Origin: Candidatus Binatia bacterium
GTDB lineage: Bacteria > Desulfobacterota > Binatia > HRBIN30
Length of the DNA stretch: 64,000 nt
Direction of reading: 5' to 3'
Assembly (NCBI GenBank): GCA_038245295.1
Contig: JBBRSP010000015.1
Location: 55,603 to 119,602 of the forward strand
The stretch's first letter is position 1. The number at the start of each line of letters is the position of its first letter. Under the pieces are notes generated by a model, which saw nothing but the letters and a program-made list of their open reading frames with translations, ran no database searches and had not been told where the DNA came from. Positions 9,519 to 19,266 of the stretch are shown piece after piece. Both the position numbers and the translations under genes were made by a program.

Positions 9519-12473
9519 TTACCCGGCGCGCGTCCAGTTCTGGACATTAAGCGTACCCGGTTCGACGGGCTCACGCCAATGCAGGAATGTGGCCGGATCG
9601 GAGCTCACCTTCATGCCCTCGGGATACGAAGCGAAGGCTTCCTGCGGCGACGCGAACACCTCGAGGCACACCAAGTCTGCCGAGTATTCGCCGGCGCTGA
9701 AGCGATACGTCTCGCCCTTGCGGAACAAGCTGGTTAGCGGCGAGTTCACCGGCACCGCCAGAGCAATCATGCCGTTGCTTCCGGCGAGGCTCTGCGGTGG
9801 CGTACCGGACTCGTGTACGCTGGCGAACAGGATGTAACGGTTGTTACCCTCGACCACCGACGTTGCCCCTTGCGGAATCGCCTCCGGCGCCGGTCGCGGC
9901 ACCGGCGCCTGGATGGATGGAATCGGGCCAACCGCTCCCGACGGCGGCTCACCTTCCATCCGCGCTGTCTTGTCGGGCCCGGCGGACGGCAAGCGCTCTT
10001 CCTGGGGCGTGTCGCTGCGCGGTTTGTGGACCTCGATGTGCGAGCGCCGGCCCGACTTGTTGGCTTCCGGCTCGGCCGGCTGCTCGGTCGACGGGCGTAC
10101 TTCCCACGACGGGGCATAAAGCTGTTCCCACAGCGGCCCATGCTGTCCAACCTCTTCGTACGGCCGCTGCACAATACGCTCGCGTTCACCCACCGCCACA
10201 TTGCGCTGATCGCGCTCGTTGCGAATGATGTGCGGCGTCAAGAAGATCAGCAGATTGGTTTTACGATTGCGGACGGTCTCGTAACGGAAAAAATTGCCGA
10301 TGAACGGAATCTCGCTGATGTACGGAACACCCGCGATGTTCTTCGCCGCCGCATCGAAGATGATGCCGCCGATGACGACCGTCTGCTCGTCACGTGTAAC
10401 CACCGATGTGCTGGCTGAGCGGATGGTTGTTGTCGGACCCAGTTGCGGGTCGTTCGAAATCACGTCCGACACTTCCTGGAAGATATCCAGCCGGACCTGT
10501 CCACCCTCGGAAATCTGCGGGGTGATACGCAGCGTGATGCCGACGTCGCGCCGTTCGATCGTCGCGAAGGTGTTCGACAGGTTTACTTCGGTCGTCGACC
10601 GGCTGGCGATGAACGGAACGTTCTGGCCGGAGACAATCTCGGCCTGCTGATTGTCCATCGTCAGGACGGTCGGCGCCGACAGAATGTTTGCATCGGCGCG
10701 ACTCTGCAGGGCACGCAAGATGACTTGTTGAGCCGGCACGGCGACGCCGCCGACGGTAACCGTTTGTGAGCTCGCCGCCGCCAGCACCAGACCGGACAGG
10801 TTGGTGGGGTTGAGCAGCTGATTGATCGCACCGTTCAGGTTGGTGCGACCGACACCCACACCGTTCGGCAAACCCGTGGCGCCCTGCAACTCGATACCGA
10901 GCTCGCGTGTCGCGTCAACCGCCACTTCGGCGATGATCGCTTCGACGTATACCTGGCGGCGACGCACATCGAGTTTGTCGATGACTTCGCGGAGCGTCTC
11001 GAAATCCTGAGGCGACGCGTTGATGATCAGAGCGTTTGTCGAGGGATCGGCACTGAGACGCACCTGCCCTTCGAATTCGCTGTTCTGCTGTCCGGGCAGC
11101 CCGCCTTGACCACCTTGCCCGCCACCGGTGCGGCGGCCGCTGATCGAACCTGGCTGACCGAAGCCGCCGATTTGGTTGCCAAAGCCGCCACCGACGCCGC
11201 CGCCAAAGCCGCCGACGCCACCGCCGAAACCCCCGACCTGGCCGAAGCCGCCGCCGACGCCGCCGAAACCGCCGCCGCCAAATCCGCCGATTCCGCCGAT
11301 TCCGCCGCCGCCGCCGCCGAGACCACCCCGGCTGGAGCCGCCGAGACCGCCAGACGAACGAGCGCTGCCGTTACGAATTCCGCCCAGGCCGCCGAAGCCC
11401 CCCGCGCCGAGTCCGACGCCGCCGACACCACCACCAACGGTCGAACCTAAGACGGGAAGCAACTCGAAGGCGTTGGCGTACTTGAGGTAGTAAACATGGA
11501 TTCGGCCGGTACCCAACGGCAACGGCACATCGAGGCGCGAGATGAGGTCTTTGATCTTCTTCGCTTCGGTCTTGCCCGCAACGATGATCAACGAATTGGT
11601 ACGCTCGTCGGGGATGATCTTAAACGCGTGCTCCGGCGTCGCGCCCCCAGAAATCGCACCCGAGGTGCCCGAGGCTCCGGTGCGTGGGGCGGTTCCGCGT
11701 CGAAGGCGTGCGTCCGGCGCGGCGCCCGGTTGTGTAGCGGGTGCCCCCGCACCTCCACCACCCGAGCTCGAACCAGGATCCTCTAAAAGCTGTTGCAGCA
11801 ACGAGGCGATGTCACCGGCAAAGGCGTAGTTGAGGCGCACCAACTCGATGTCTTGTTCCTGACCTTCGATATCGAGTTGATTGAGAATCTTCGAGACGCG
11901 GTCGGTCTGCGCCGCGGTATCGATCATGATGAGCGTGTTGGTCGGTGGGTAGGCCGCCAGGAGTCCATCAGGGGAGATGAACTGTTGCAGCACGCTGACC
12001 ATGTTGTTTGAGTCGACATGCTTCAGGTGCACCAAACGGGTGATGTACTCGTCGCGCGGCGTAACAATCGTACCGGGCAGAACGGTATCGATGGTGTTTG
12101 TCTTGGCGTCTTTCGTCGCGACGATCTTGATGATCGTACCCGATTGAACGGTGGTGAAGCCCTTTACCTGCAGGACCGATTGAAAGACGAGGTAGGCCTC
12201 GTCCTTGCTGATCTTCCCGGGAGAGATGATGGTGATCTTGCCGCGGACCTTCTCGTCGACGATGAAATTGCGTTTCGTAATGTCACTGATGAGTTTTACG
12301 AGGACGGCGATATCGACGTCCTGGAAATTCATCGAGATGCCTTCTTCCTCCAGTGCCAGCGGGGCCGGAGGCGGCGCATCTTGCGCCAAAACAATCGCCG
12401 CAGCGGACCACAGGAGTCCGCCGGAGAGAACTGCGGCGACCAGGCATCGTTGAGCTGCTTTCCGCATTACCAC
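9519..12473 (-). CDS. gspD: T2SS secretin D with Gly-rich insertion and long C-terminal extension
   Basis: N0 'MNFQDVDI', N-domain repeats 'LNYAFA'/'LKYANA', 'RRQVYVEAIIAEV', 'DVGITLRITPQI', 'LLIFLTPHII'. Confidence 0.95.
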   Translation of the reverse strand: MVMRKAAQRCLVAAVLSGGLLWSAAAIVLAQDAPPPAPLALEEEGISMNFQDVDIAVLVKLISDITKRNFIVDEKVRGKITIISPGKISKDEAYLVFQSVLQVKGFTTVQSGTIIKIVATKDAKTNTIDTVLPGTIVTPRDEYITRLVHLKHVDSNNMVSVLQQFISPDGLLAAYPPTNTLIMIDTAAQTDRVSKILNQLDIEGQEQDIELVRLNYAFAGDIASLLQQLLEDPGSSSGGGGAGAPATQPGAAPDARLRRGTAPRTGASGTSGAISGGATPEHAFKIIPDERTNSLIIVAGKTEAKKIKDLISRLDVPLPLGTGRIHVYYLKYANAFELLPVLGSTVGGGVGGVGLGAGGFGGLGGIRNGSARSSGGLGGSSRGGLGGGGGGIGGIGGFGGGGFGGVGGGFGQVGGFGGGVGGFGGGVGGGFGNQIGGFGQPGSISGRRTGGGQGGQGGLPGQQNSEFEGQVRLSADPSTNALIINASPQDFETLREVIDKLDVRRRQVYVEAIIAEVAVDATRELGIELQGATGLPNGVGVGRTNLNGAINQLLNPTNLSGLVLAAASSQTVTVGGVAVPAQQVILRALQSRADANILSAPTVLTMDNQQAEIVSGQNVPFIASRSTTEVNLSNTFATIERRDVGITLRITPQISEGGQVRLDIFQEVSDVISNDPQLGPTTTIRSASTSVVTRDEQTVVIGGIIFDAAAKNIAGVPYISEIPFIGNFFRYETVRNRKTNLLIFLTPHIIRNERDQRNVAVGERERIVQRPYEEVGQHGPLWEQLYAPSWEVRPSTEQPAEPEANKSGRRSHIEVHKPRSDTPQEERLPSAGPDKTARMEGEPPSGAVGPIPSIQAPVPRPAPEAIPQGATSVVEGNNRYILFASVHESGTPPQSLAGSNGMIALAVPVNSPLTSLFRKGETYRFSAGEYSADLVCLEVFASPQEAFASYPEGMKVSSDPATFLHWREPVEPGTLNVQNWTRAG
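11100..11440 (-). repeat. Low-complexity Gly-rich (GGFGG/GGVGG) coding segment inside gspD
   Basis: Repeated ccgccg-type units on the + strand; about 110 aa of GG[FVIL]GG. Confidence 0.9.
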
Positions 12474-12496
12474 CCCTCGCTTCCAACCTTCATCCG

Positions 12497-13447
12497 TTAA
12501 CGAACCTGGTACGACAGATCCAAGGGCGTCTTGTTGCGCGTGCCCTTGACTGTGAGAGTGTCGACATTGCGCAATTCCTGCAACAACGCCAATGCCTTGC
12601 TGGGATCGCTAATCTTGTTGCCGTTGATTTCTTCAATAATGTCGCCGTTGCGCAGACCGATCTGGTCGAAGATGCTGTTCTGGCGAATCGCGAACAAACG
12701 GAACCCCGTCGACTCGCCGCCGTCGAAGTGCGGCACGGCGCGGATCTGGGTGAACAGCTGTGCCATGTTGTCGAGCTGCGAATCCACTTCCGAGCGATCA
12801 ATCTTGTATTGGTTCTCGCTCAACTGCTGAACGTGTGGATTCGGCGAAGCACCGCCGGCCGTCTGGTTCTGATCGCCTGGCACAGTCGCCCCCGGAGGCG
12901 GCGGAGGTGCTCCGGGCGGTAAGGCGGCAACGGCGGTCGACGGCCGCGCCCCACCGGCGCCGCCTGGGCCACCGGGGCCACCCGCTTGCTGCAACTCGAT
13001 ATACTTCTCACGACCGGCCTGATCGAGGATAACCTTCTCCCACTCGATAGCCTTGACCACCGCGACGGCCGAAACGGTATCACCGATCCGGTAGACTTCT
13101 GATTTATGAGTCGCCAGATCCTCGATGATGCAGCGCGAATCGGCGCGATCGAGGGTCACACCCCAAAGTTTTAGATTGAGCTCTTTCTCCGGCGGTGGCG
13201 GAGGCGCCACCGGGGCTTGCTCTTTGTCGGGATTCAGAATGTCCCGGGTGACGATTTTGTCGACGTAAAAGGGCTCGGGATGCTTCTCGGCTGCCGCCAT
13301 GGGCGGTGGCGGTGGCTTGATGCGCACATCCGGGGGCGGAATGAGTCTGGAGGCAACAGCCGTACTGACCGTGGAGGCGCCCCAGTACGCCACCAACGCC
13401 AGCAGCACTAGGTTGACCCAGACGAGGTGACGCAAGGAGAACTTCAT
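12497..13447 (-). CDS. gspC: T2SS protein C (HR plus PDZ)
   Basis: N-terminal TM, 'LKLWGV' HR domain, PDZ 'GFRLFAIRQNSIFDQIGLRNGDIIEEING'. Confidence 0.92.
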   Translation of the reverse strand: MKFSLRHLVWVNLVLLALVAYWGASTVSTAVASRLIPPPDVRIKPPPPPMAAAEKHPEPFYVDKIVTRDILNPDKEQAPVAPPPPPEKELNLKLWGVTLDRADSRCIIEDLATHKSEVYRIGDTVSAVAVVKAIEWEKVILDQAGREKYIELQQAGGPGGPGGAGGARPSTAVAALPPGAPPPPPGATVPGDQNQTAGGASPNPHVQQLSENQYKIDRSEVDSQLDNMAQLFTQIRAVPHFDGGESTGFRLFAIRQNSIFDQIGLRNGDIIEEINGNKISDPSKALALLQELRNVDTLTVKGTRNKTPLDLSYQVR

Positions 13448-13619
13448 TTGAATTCCTGCTTCTATAGACGAAACGCCGGCGCTGATTCAAGCAAACTTCC
13501 GGCCGCGCCGGCTATCCTCGTTGACTCTATGGTACCGCAAAAGTAGGTTAGCGACGCAAAGGTACGGCGAATCTTCAAACTGCGTTGCACTGACGCGAAA
13601 GAATATGAGGTTCCAACCC

Positions 13620-13997
13620 ATGGACGTACACGCCCACGAAGCACTCGAGCCAGTCGCCAACAGCGACGAACCGGCAGTCTTGCTCACCGAGATCGCCGCG
13701 GAAAAGGCCAAGGCGGCGATGGCCAAGGAAGGTCTGGCCGAAGCGGCCCTGCGTATTTCGGTTGTCGGCGGCGGCTGCTCGGGGTTTTCTTATAGCCTCG
13801 GCTTTGATGCACACTCGCGCGAAGATGATCAGGCGTGGGAGCAGCATGGTGTCCGCGTTGTCGTCGACGCCACGAGTCTGCAGTACCTCAAGGGCATGAC
13901 GGTCGACTACGTCAGCGGTCTACACGGAGCCGGGTTTAAGTTCCTCAATCCGAACGCCACCCGGACATGTGGGTGTGGTTCGTCGTTTTCCGCCTAA
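13620..13997 (+). CDS. A-type Fe-S carrier (IscA/ErpA/HesB family)
   Basis: 'GGGCSGFSY' and 'NPNATRTCGCGSSF'; ATG 13620 with GAGG RBS. Confidence 0.93.
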   Translation: MDVHAHEALEPVANSDEPAVLLTEIAAEKAKAAMAKEGLAEAALRISVVGGGCSGFSYSLGFDAHSREDDQAWEQHGVRVVVDATSLQYLKGMTVDYVSGLHGAGFKFLNPNATRTCGCGSSFSA

Positions 13998-14006
13998 CTT
14001 CCTGAC

Positions 14007-14031
14007 GGCGCCGCTCGCCACGGGCGGCGCC
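14007..14031 (+). other. GC-rich intergenic hairpin without U-tract
   Basis: GGCGCCGCTCG-CCA-CGGGCGGCGCC, 11-bp stem with one wobble, just after the iscA-like stop. Confidence 0.5.
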
Positions 14032-14045
14032 AGACAGCACACCGA

Positions 14046-14711
14046 GTGAAGCATCTGCCCATTTTTCTCTCCCTCGAGGGTCAATTATGTGTCGTCGTTG
14101 GCGGCGGCAACATCGCGCATCAGAAGGTCTCCGTCCTCTTGCGCGCCAACGCGCAGGTGAAAGTAATCAGCCCGGAGTTCGCACCAGAGTTTGATGCATG
14201 GATCGAAAGACAAAGTATCCGCTGTGTTCGGCGCGCCTACGAGCCCGGCGATCTGCGCGGCGCCCGCCTGGCGTTCGCCGCGACCGACGATGCCTCCACT
14301 CAGGCGGCGGTCGTCGCCGAGGCGGCTGCATCGGGGGTACTGGTGAATGTGGTAGACGTACCGGAGCTTTGTGGATTTGTGATGCCTGCCATTCTAGAAC
14401 AACAGGATCTCGTCATCGCCGTATCCACGGGTGGTGCCAGCCCGGCGCTCGCCCGACAGATTCGCGATCAACTCGTCGAGCAGTATGATGCCGCCTACGG
14501 CAGCGCCCTGCGGGTTCTGGCGGCGGTGCGTCGGCACGCCACGGTGATTGCGGCCGGTGCCGAACGGCGCAAGGAAATCTTCACCAACCTGGCAACCTCC
14601 GCACTCGTGGCGCACATCCGCCGTGGCGACGGGCGCGCGGTCGATCAACTGCTCGCGGACATCGCCGGCGACGACGTCTGCCTGGCCAGCATAGGAGTGG
14701 ACCTGCCATGA
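14046..14711 (+). CDS. Precorrin-2 dehydrogenase/sirohydrochlorin ferrochelatase (SirC/Met8/CysG N-terminal type)
   Basis: 'VVVGGGNIA', 'VNVVDVPELCGF', 'ST GG ASPALA' motif. Confidence 0.92.
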   Translation: MKHLPIFLSLEGQLCVVVGGGNIAHQKVSVLLRANAQVKVISPEFAPEFDAWIERQSIRCVRRAYEPGDLRGARLAFAATDDASTQAAVVAEAAASGVLVNVVDVPELCGFVMPAILEQQDLVIAVSTGGASPALARQIRDQLVEQYDAAYGSALRVLAAVRRHATVIAAGAERRKEIFTNLATSALVAHIRRGDGRAVDQLLADIAGDDVCLASIGVDLP

Positions 14712-15532
14712 GCTTCCCGGGCGTCCTGTTGCCGCTGGCGTTGCTGCTCTACCTAGCCTCCACGCTGGCGTTCATCGGACATTTGATCACCATCGACCGC
14801 GGACCGCTGCGCTGGGCCTACGGCGCGCTGGCCGGGGCGTGCGGTTTGCACGCGGCGGCACTGGGAGGGCGTGCGGCGATGTTCGGGTACGGGGCCTTCG
14901 CACCGGTGCAGGAAGAACTGTCGATCATCGGTTGTATCAGCGTCCTGCTCTACCTGATCCTCGCCGTGCGGGTGCAGCTCACTGTGGTCGGAGCGCTCGT
15001 GGCACCGATGGGATTCGTCTTCACGCTGTCGGCGTACTTGTTCGAGTCGGGACACACTGCCGTCCCGAACGAACTGGCGAGTCTCTGGTTGCCGGCACAC
15101 GTCGTCCCGGCGTTCCTTGGTTACGCCATCTTCGCCGTCTCGTCCTGCTTGAGCATCGTCTACCTAGCGCAAGAGAGCCAGCTGAAGGGGAAGCGGAAAG
15201 GCGGTTGGTTTCGCAAGCTGCCGTCGCTCGAGATCTTAGACAATCTCAGCTTCCGCTTCGTCACGTGGGGATTTGCCGCGTTGACCATCGCCCTCATCAC
15301 CGGCTCGTTCCTGGCGCGCGAGTTGTGGGGCGCCCTGTGGTCCTGGGAACCCGTACAGATCTACTCGGTTCTCACCTGGCTGCTGTACGCGATCTTGTTG
15401 CATGCGCGCACGGTGGGCTGGCGCGGCCGACGCGCCGCTCAGCTAACCATCGCCTGCTTCGTTGTGTTGGCGCTATCGTTCATCGGCGTGAATCTGTTCT
15501 TTCCGGGCAAACATGGCGGGAGTCTCGGTTAA
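14708..15532 (+). CDS. ccsA: Cytochrome c biogenesis CcsA/HemX-family membrane protein
   Basis: About 8 TMs, 'LPSLEILD', WWD-like 'WGALWSWEP', C-terminal 'GKH'; directly upstream of hemA. Confidence 0.85.
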   Translation: MSFPGVLLPLALLLYLASTLAFIGHLITIDRGPLRWAYGALAGACGLHAAALGGRAAMFGYGAFAPVQEELSIIGCISVLLYLILAVRVQLTVVGALVAPMGFVFTLSAYLFESGHTAVPNELASLWLPAHVVPAFLGYAIFAVSSCLSIVYLAQESQLKGKRKGGWFRKLPSLEILDNLSFRFVTWGFAALTIALITGSFLARELWGALWSWEPVQIYSVLTWLLYAILLHARTVGWRGRRAAQLTIACFVVLALSFIGVNLFFPGKHGGSLG

Positions 15533-16821
15533 TGGATCGCGAGATCGTCGTCGTTGGCGTGACACATCGCAGTGCCCCGGTTGAAGTGCGCGAAAGCTTG
15601 GCATTTAAGGGCGAGACTCTGGAACAGGCACTGCACACCCTGACCGCCATGGAATCCATCGACGAGGCGGCCATCATTTCCACGTGCAACCGTGTGGAAG
15701 TCATTACGACGGCCAAACAGGGAGATTCGGCGATCGACTGCGTCACGAATTTCCTCGCCGAGCGAGAGGGTAGCGGCGACACCCACCTGCTCGATCACCT
15801 GGCGGTCTACCGCGGCCGCGAAGCAGTACGGCATTTGTTTCGAGTTGCGTCCAGTCTGGACTCCATGGTGGTCGGCGAACCGCAGATCCTCGGGCAGCTC
15901 AAGGACTTTTACGGGCAAGCCGCAACCGCCGGTAGCGCCGGAATTGTCTTGCATCGATTCTTCCACAAGGCATTTGCCGTCGCCAAACGCGTGCGCACCG
16001 AAACCGGCATCGCAACCCGCGCCGTATCGGTTAGTTCGGCGGCCGTCGAGCTGGCATCCAAGATCTTCGACCGCTTCGACGATAAGACGGCCATGTTGAT
16101 CGGCGCCGGCACGATGGCCGAGCTCGCCGCGCGTCACCTCCTGGGGCGCGGTGTGCGAGGACTGCTGGTTACCAACCGCACCTTCGATCATGCGGTCGAG
16201 TTGGCGCGCGAGTTCCACGGCACGCCGGTCCCCATGGAGGACCTGCCGCGCTATCTGGAGCTCGCCGATGTCGTCATCGGCTCCACGGCAGCCGACTCGT
16301 ATATCTTGACAGTGCCGCTGGTGCGGCAGGTCCTGCGCCAACGCAAATATCGCCCCATCTTCCTTATCGACATGAGCGTGCCGCGCAACTTCGACCCGGC
16401 GCTCAACCAACTCGACAACGTCTATCTCTACGACATCGACGACCTGAGTGTTGTCGCCACGGAGAATCGCCAGGAGCGCGGTCGCGAGGCAGATCGCGCC
16501 GAAGAAATCATCGATGCGGAAGTCGATGCCTACCTGCGCTGGCTCGCCGAACTCGATGCCGTACCAACGATCGTCGCGATTCGCGACAAGTTCGATGCCA
16601 TTCGGCGCGCCGAGCTCGAACGCACGCTGGCAACCCTACCCGGCTTGAACGACGAAAGCCGGGCGGCGCTTGACTCCATGACCAGCGCCATCATCAACAA
16701 AATCCTACACGCCCCGATTACTCACCTCAAAGAACAGGGCCGCGAGCGCGAGTCGATCTACCTCGTCGCGGCACGTCACCTGTTTGACCTCGATGACAGC
16801 GAAGGATCTGGAACACCATGA
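15532..16821 (+). CDS. hemA: Glutamyl-tRNA reductase
   Basis: 'STCNRVE', 'VVGEPQILGQ', 'IGAGTM', 'D.SVPRN'; ATG 15532 overlaps the ccsA stop (TAATG); ORF-track start 14839 is over-extended. Confidence 0.96.
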   Translation: MDREIVVVGVTHRSAPVEVRESLAFKGETLEQALHTLTAMESIDEAAIISTCNRVEVITTAKQGDSAIDCVTNFLAEREGSGDTHLLDHLAVYRGREAVRHLFRVASSLDSMVVGEPQILGQLKDFYGQAATAGSAGIVLHRFFHKAFAVAKRVRTETGIATRAVSVSSAAVELASKIFDRFDDKTAMLIGAGTMAELAARHLLGRGVRGLLVTNRTFDHAVELAREFHGTPVPMEDLPRYLELADVVIGSTAADSYILTVPLVRQVLRQRKYRPIFLIDMSVPRNFDPALNQLDNVYLYDIDDLSVVATENRQERGREADRAEEIIDAEVDAYLRWLAELDAVPTIVAIRDKFDAIRRAELERTLATLPGLNDESRAALDSMTSAIINKILHAPITHLKEQGRERESIYLVAARHLFDLDDSEGSGTP

Positions 16822-17744
16822 GTCGAACCGTCAAGATCGGAACACGCGGCAGCCAGCTCGCTCTCGTACAGGCCCACATGGTGGAGGGCTGGATCAAAGC
16901 GGCCGCCCCGGACGTCCAGGTGGAGCTGGTCATCATCAAGACGACCGGCGATCGCTTCGTCGATCGCCCGCTCAGCACGCTGGGCGGCAAAGGCGTCTTC
17001 GTCAAGGAAATCGAGGATGCGCTCGTCGCCAACCAGGTGGACTGCGCCGTTCATTCGATGAAAGACGTGCCCACCGACCTGGCGCCTGGACTTATCATCG
17101 CCTCGATCCCCGAGCGCGCCGATGTCCGTGACGCATTGATCGCCCGCGACGGGCTCAACTTGGCCAAACTTCCGACCGGCGCGTCGGTCGGCACCAGCAG
17201 CCTGCGGCGCATGGCCCTGTTGCGTGCGGCACGTGCCGATCTCGAGATTGTGCCGCTTCGCGGCAACGTCGACACACGCCTGCGAAAGCTCGACAACGGC
17301 GAGTTTGCGGCGATCACGCTGGCGGCGGCCGGTCTACAACGTCTTGGCATAAAACGCCCCGACATCTGCCCGCTGCCGACGAGTGACTTCCTCCCGGCAA
17401 TTGGCCAAGGGGCGCTGGCGATCGAGACACGTCCGGATTGGGTGGGCGAGTTGGTGAGGGCCTTCAACCACGAGCCGACGCGACTGGCGGTGATCGCCGA
17501 GCGGGCTTTCCTGGCGCGTGTTGGAGGGTCGTGTCGAACCCCGCTGGCAGCACATGCGACCATCGACGGTGATGCCGTCACGATTGATGCGTTGATTGCC
17601 AGCATGGATGGGACACGGATCGTGCGTGAAACCCGCCGCGGCCCCGCCGCCTCGGGCAACGAGCTCGCCGTAGCGCTGGCCGACAAACTTCTCGCCGACG
17701 GTGGCCGTGCCATCCTCGATGAGCTCGAGGCACATGGCGGGTAA
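16818..17744 (+). CDS. hemC: Porphobilinogen deaminase
   Basis: 'IGTRGSQLAL', 'HSMKDVP', 'GTSSLRR', 'RGNVDTRL', 'GGSCRTP'. Confidence 0.97.
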   Translation: MSRTVKIGTRGSQLALVQAHMVEGWIKAAAPDVQVELVIIKTTGDRFVDRPLSTLGGKGVFVKEIEDALVANQVDCAVHSMKDVPTDLAPGLIIASIPERADVRDALIARDGLNLAKLPTGASVGTSSLRRMALLRAARADLEIVPLRGNVDTRLRKLDNGEFAAITLAAAGLQRLGIKRPDICPLPTSDFLPAIGQGALAIETRPDWVGELVRAFNHEPTRLAVIAERAFLARVGGSCRTPLAAHATIDGDAVTIDALIASMDGTRIVRETRRGPAASGNELAVALADKLLADGGRAILDELEAHGG

Positions 17745-19266
17745 GGTCTATCTGGTCGGGGCCGGTCCGGGTGACCCCGGGCTCCTGACCATCAAAGGCC
17801 GCGCCTGCCTCGAGCACGCCGATGTCGTGATCTACGACTACCTGGCGAACCCTCGCCTGCTCGACCATACTCAGGACGCCTGCGAACGAGTGCTGGCGGG
17901 GAAACATGGCGGTGGTACGCGAGTCGAACAATCCGACATCAACGATCGCTTGGTCGCCGAGGCACGGCGCGGCAAGTGCGTCGTCCGATTGAAAGGCGGC
18001 GATCCTTTCCTCTTCGGCCGCGGCGGTGAGGAAGCCGAGGCGCTGCGCGAGGCGGGCGTCGAGTTTGAGATCGTCCCTGGAGTCACCGCCGCTATCGCCG
18101 CTCCGGCGTATGCCGGAATTCCCGTGACTCATCGCGATTGGGCTTCCAACCTCGTCATCACGACCGGCTACGAGTATCCGGACAAGCCCCAGATGGCCGT
18201 CCATTGGGGAATGCTCGGACGCCCTGGTACAACTCTCGTCGCCCTGATGTCGCAGCGTCAGCTGCGACACAACATGGAGCAGTTGGCAGGGGGCGGGATT
18301 GATCCGAACACTCCGGCAGCCGCCATCGAGTGGGGTACGCGCGCCGTTCAGCGGACGATCGTCGGCACCGTTGCAACGATTGCTGACCTCGCGCAGGCTG
18401 CCGAGGTGCGCCCGCCGGTGACAATCATCGTCGGCGATGTCGTGCGGATGCGCACCAAGATCGCCTGGGTCGAAAGGCGCCCGCTGTTCGGGCAGCGGAT
18501 CCTGGTGACGCGGCCGCGCCACCAGGCGGCGGAGTTCACGCGACTGCTGGAGTCGCAGGGCGCCGAGGTCGTTGCGCTGCCGATGATCGAAACGATTGCC
18601 ACAGCCTCCGGCGAGCTCGACGCCGCCTTTGGACGCTGTGCGGAATTCGACTGGGTGGTTTTCACGAGCGCGAACGGGGTCCAGTTTTTTTTCGATCGTC
18701 TGAGCGCACTCGATCTCGACGTCCGCATGTGGCATCGAGCCCGTTTTGCCGCGATCGGGCCGCAGACCGCGCGCAGTCTGCATGGACGCGGCATAAGGGC
18801 AGAGTTGGTGCCCGACGACTACCGTGCCGAAGGCTTGATCGCCGCCTTCGAGACGCACCGGATGCAAGGGCAGAGAGTCTTGCTGCCACGCGCCGGCGGA
18901 GCACGGCAGGTCCTGCCGGAAACGCTGCGGCAACTAGGCGCGGTCGTCGAAGAGGTGATCACCTATCGCAGCGTTTTGACGGCGCGCGCAACGGCCGAGC
19001 TCCGGGCAGTCCTCGACGAGGGCATCGATCTGGTGACGTTCACAAGCTCCAGCACGGTGGAAAGTTTTGTCGCCGCGCTGGCCGACGCCGGTCGAGCTCA
19101 GCAGATCAAGACGGCCTGCATAGGGCCGATTACCGCGGCCACGGCTCGCGAGCATGGCTTTCCCGTTGTCATCGAGTCACCCACCTACACGGTCGCGGCG
19201 CTGACCGACGCGATCCTCGCCCATTTTTCGGCGTTGCGCGCCGCGCAACCCAAGGAGAACCAATGA
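17734..19266 (+). CDS. cobA/hemD: Fused uroporphyrinogen-III C-methyltransferase/uroporphyrinogen-III synthase (CobA-HemD)
   Basis: '[13 protein letters not shown]', 'RLKGGDP', then 'ILVTRP', 'FTSANGV', 'FTSSSTV', 'CIGPIT'. Confidence 0.95.
   Translation: MAGKVYLVGAGPGDPGLLTIKGRACLEHADVVIYDYLANPRLLDHTQDACERVLAGKHGGGTRVEQSDINDRLVAEARRGKCVVRLKGGDPFLFGRGGEEAEALREAGVEFEIVPGVTAAIAAPAYAGIPVTHRDWASNLVITTGYEYPDKPQMAVHWGMLGRPGTTLVALMSQRQLRHNMEQLAGGGIDPNTPAAAIEWGTRAVQRTIVGTVATIADLAQAAEVRPPVTIIVGDVVRMRTKIAWVERRPLFGQRILVTRPRHQAAEFTRLLESQGAEVVALPMIETIATASGELDAAFGRCAEFDWVVFTSANGVQFFFDRLSALDLDVRMWHRARFAAIGPQTARSLHGRGIRAELVPDDYRAEGLIAAFETHRMQGQRVLLPRAGGARQVLPETLRQLGAVVEEVITYRSVLTARATAELRAVLDEGIDLVTFTSSSTVESFVAALADAGRAQQIKTACIGPITAATAREHGFPVVIESPTYTVAALTDAILAHFSALRAAQPKENQ

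Noticed and set aside
11027..11490. Pro-rich and Ala-rich ORFs (11176-11490 +, 11106-11450 +, 11027-11437 -)
   Set aside because: Shadow frames of the Gly-rich gspD segment
14007..14031. Intrinsic terminator after the iscA-like gene
   Set aside because: Strong stem but no U-tract; listed only as a hairpin
14839..15531. Apparent 231-aa N-terminal extension of HemA
   Set aside because: Overlaps ccsA in another frame; HemA similarity starts at ATG 15532
17578..18933. 451-aa antisense ORF (likewise 29880-31172, 31908-32933, 55187-56386, 56509-57570, 61105-62151)
   Set aside because: Shadow ORFs over clear genes, expected in high-GC DNA; no motifs recognised
18729..19262. N-terminal extension of HemB
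   Set aside because: Lies inside cobA/hemD; coupled ATG at 19263 with GGAG RBS
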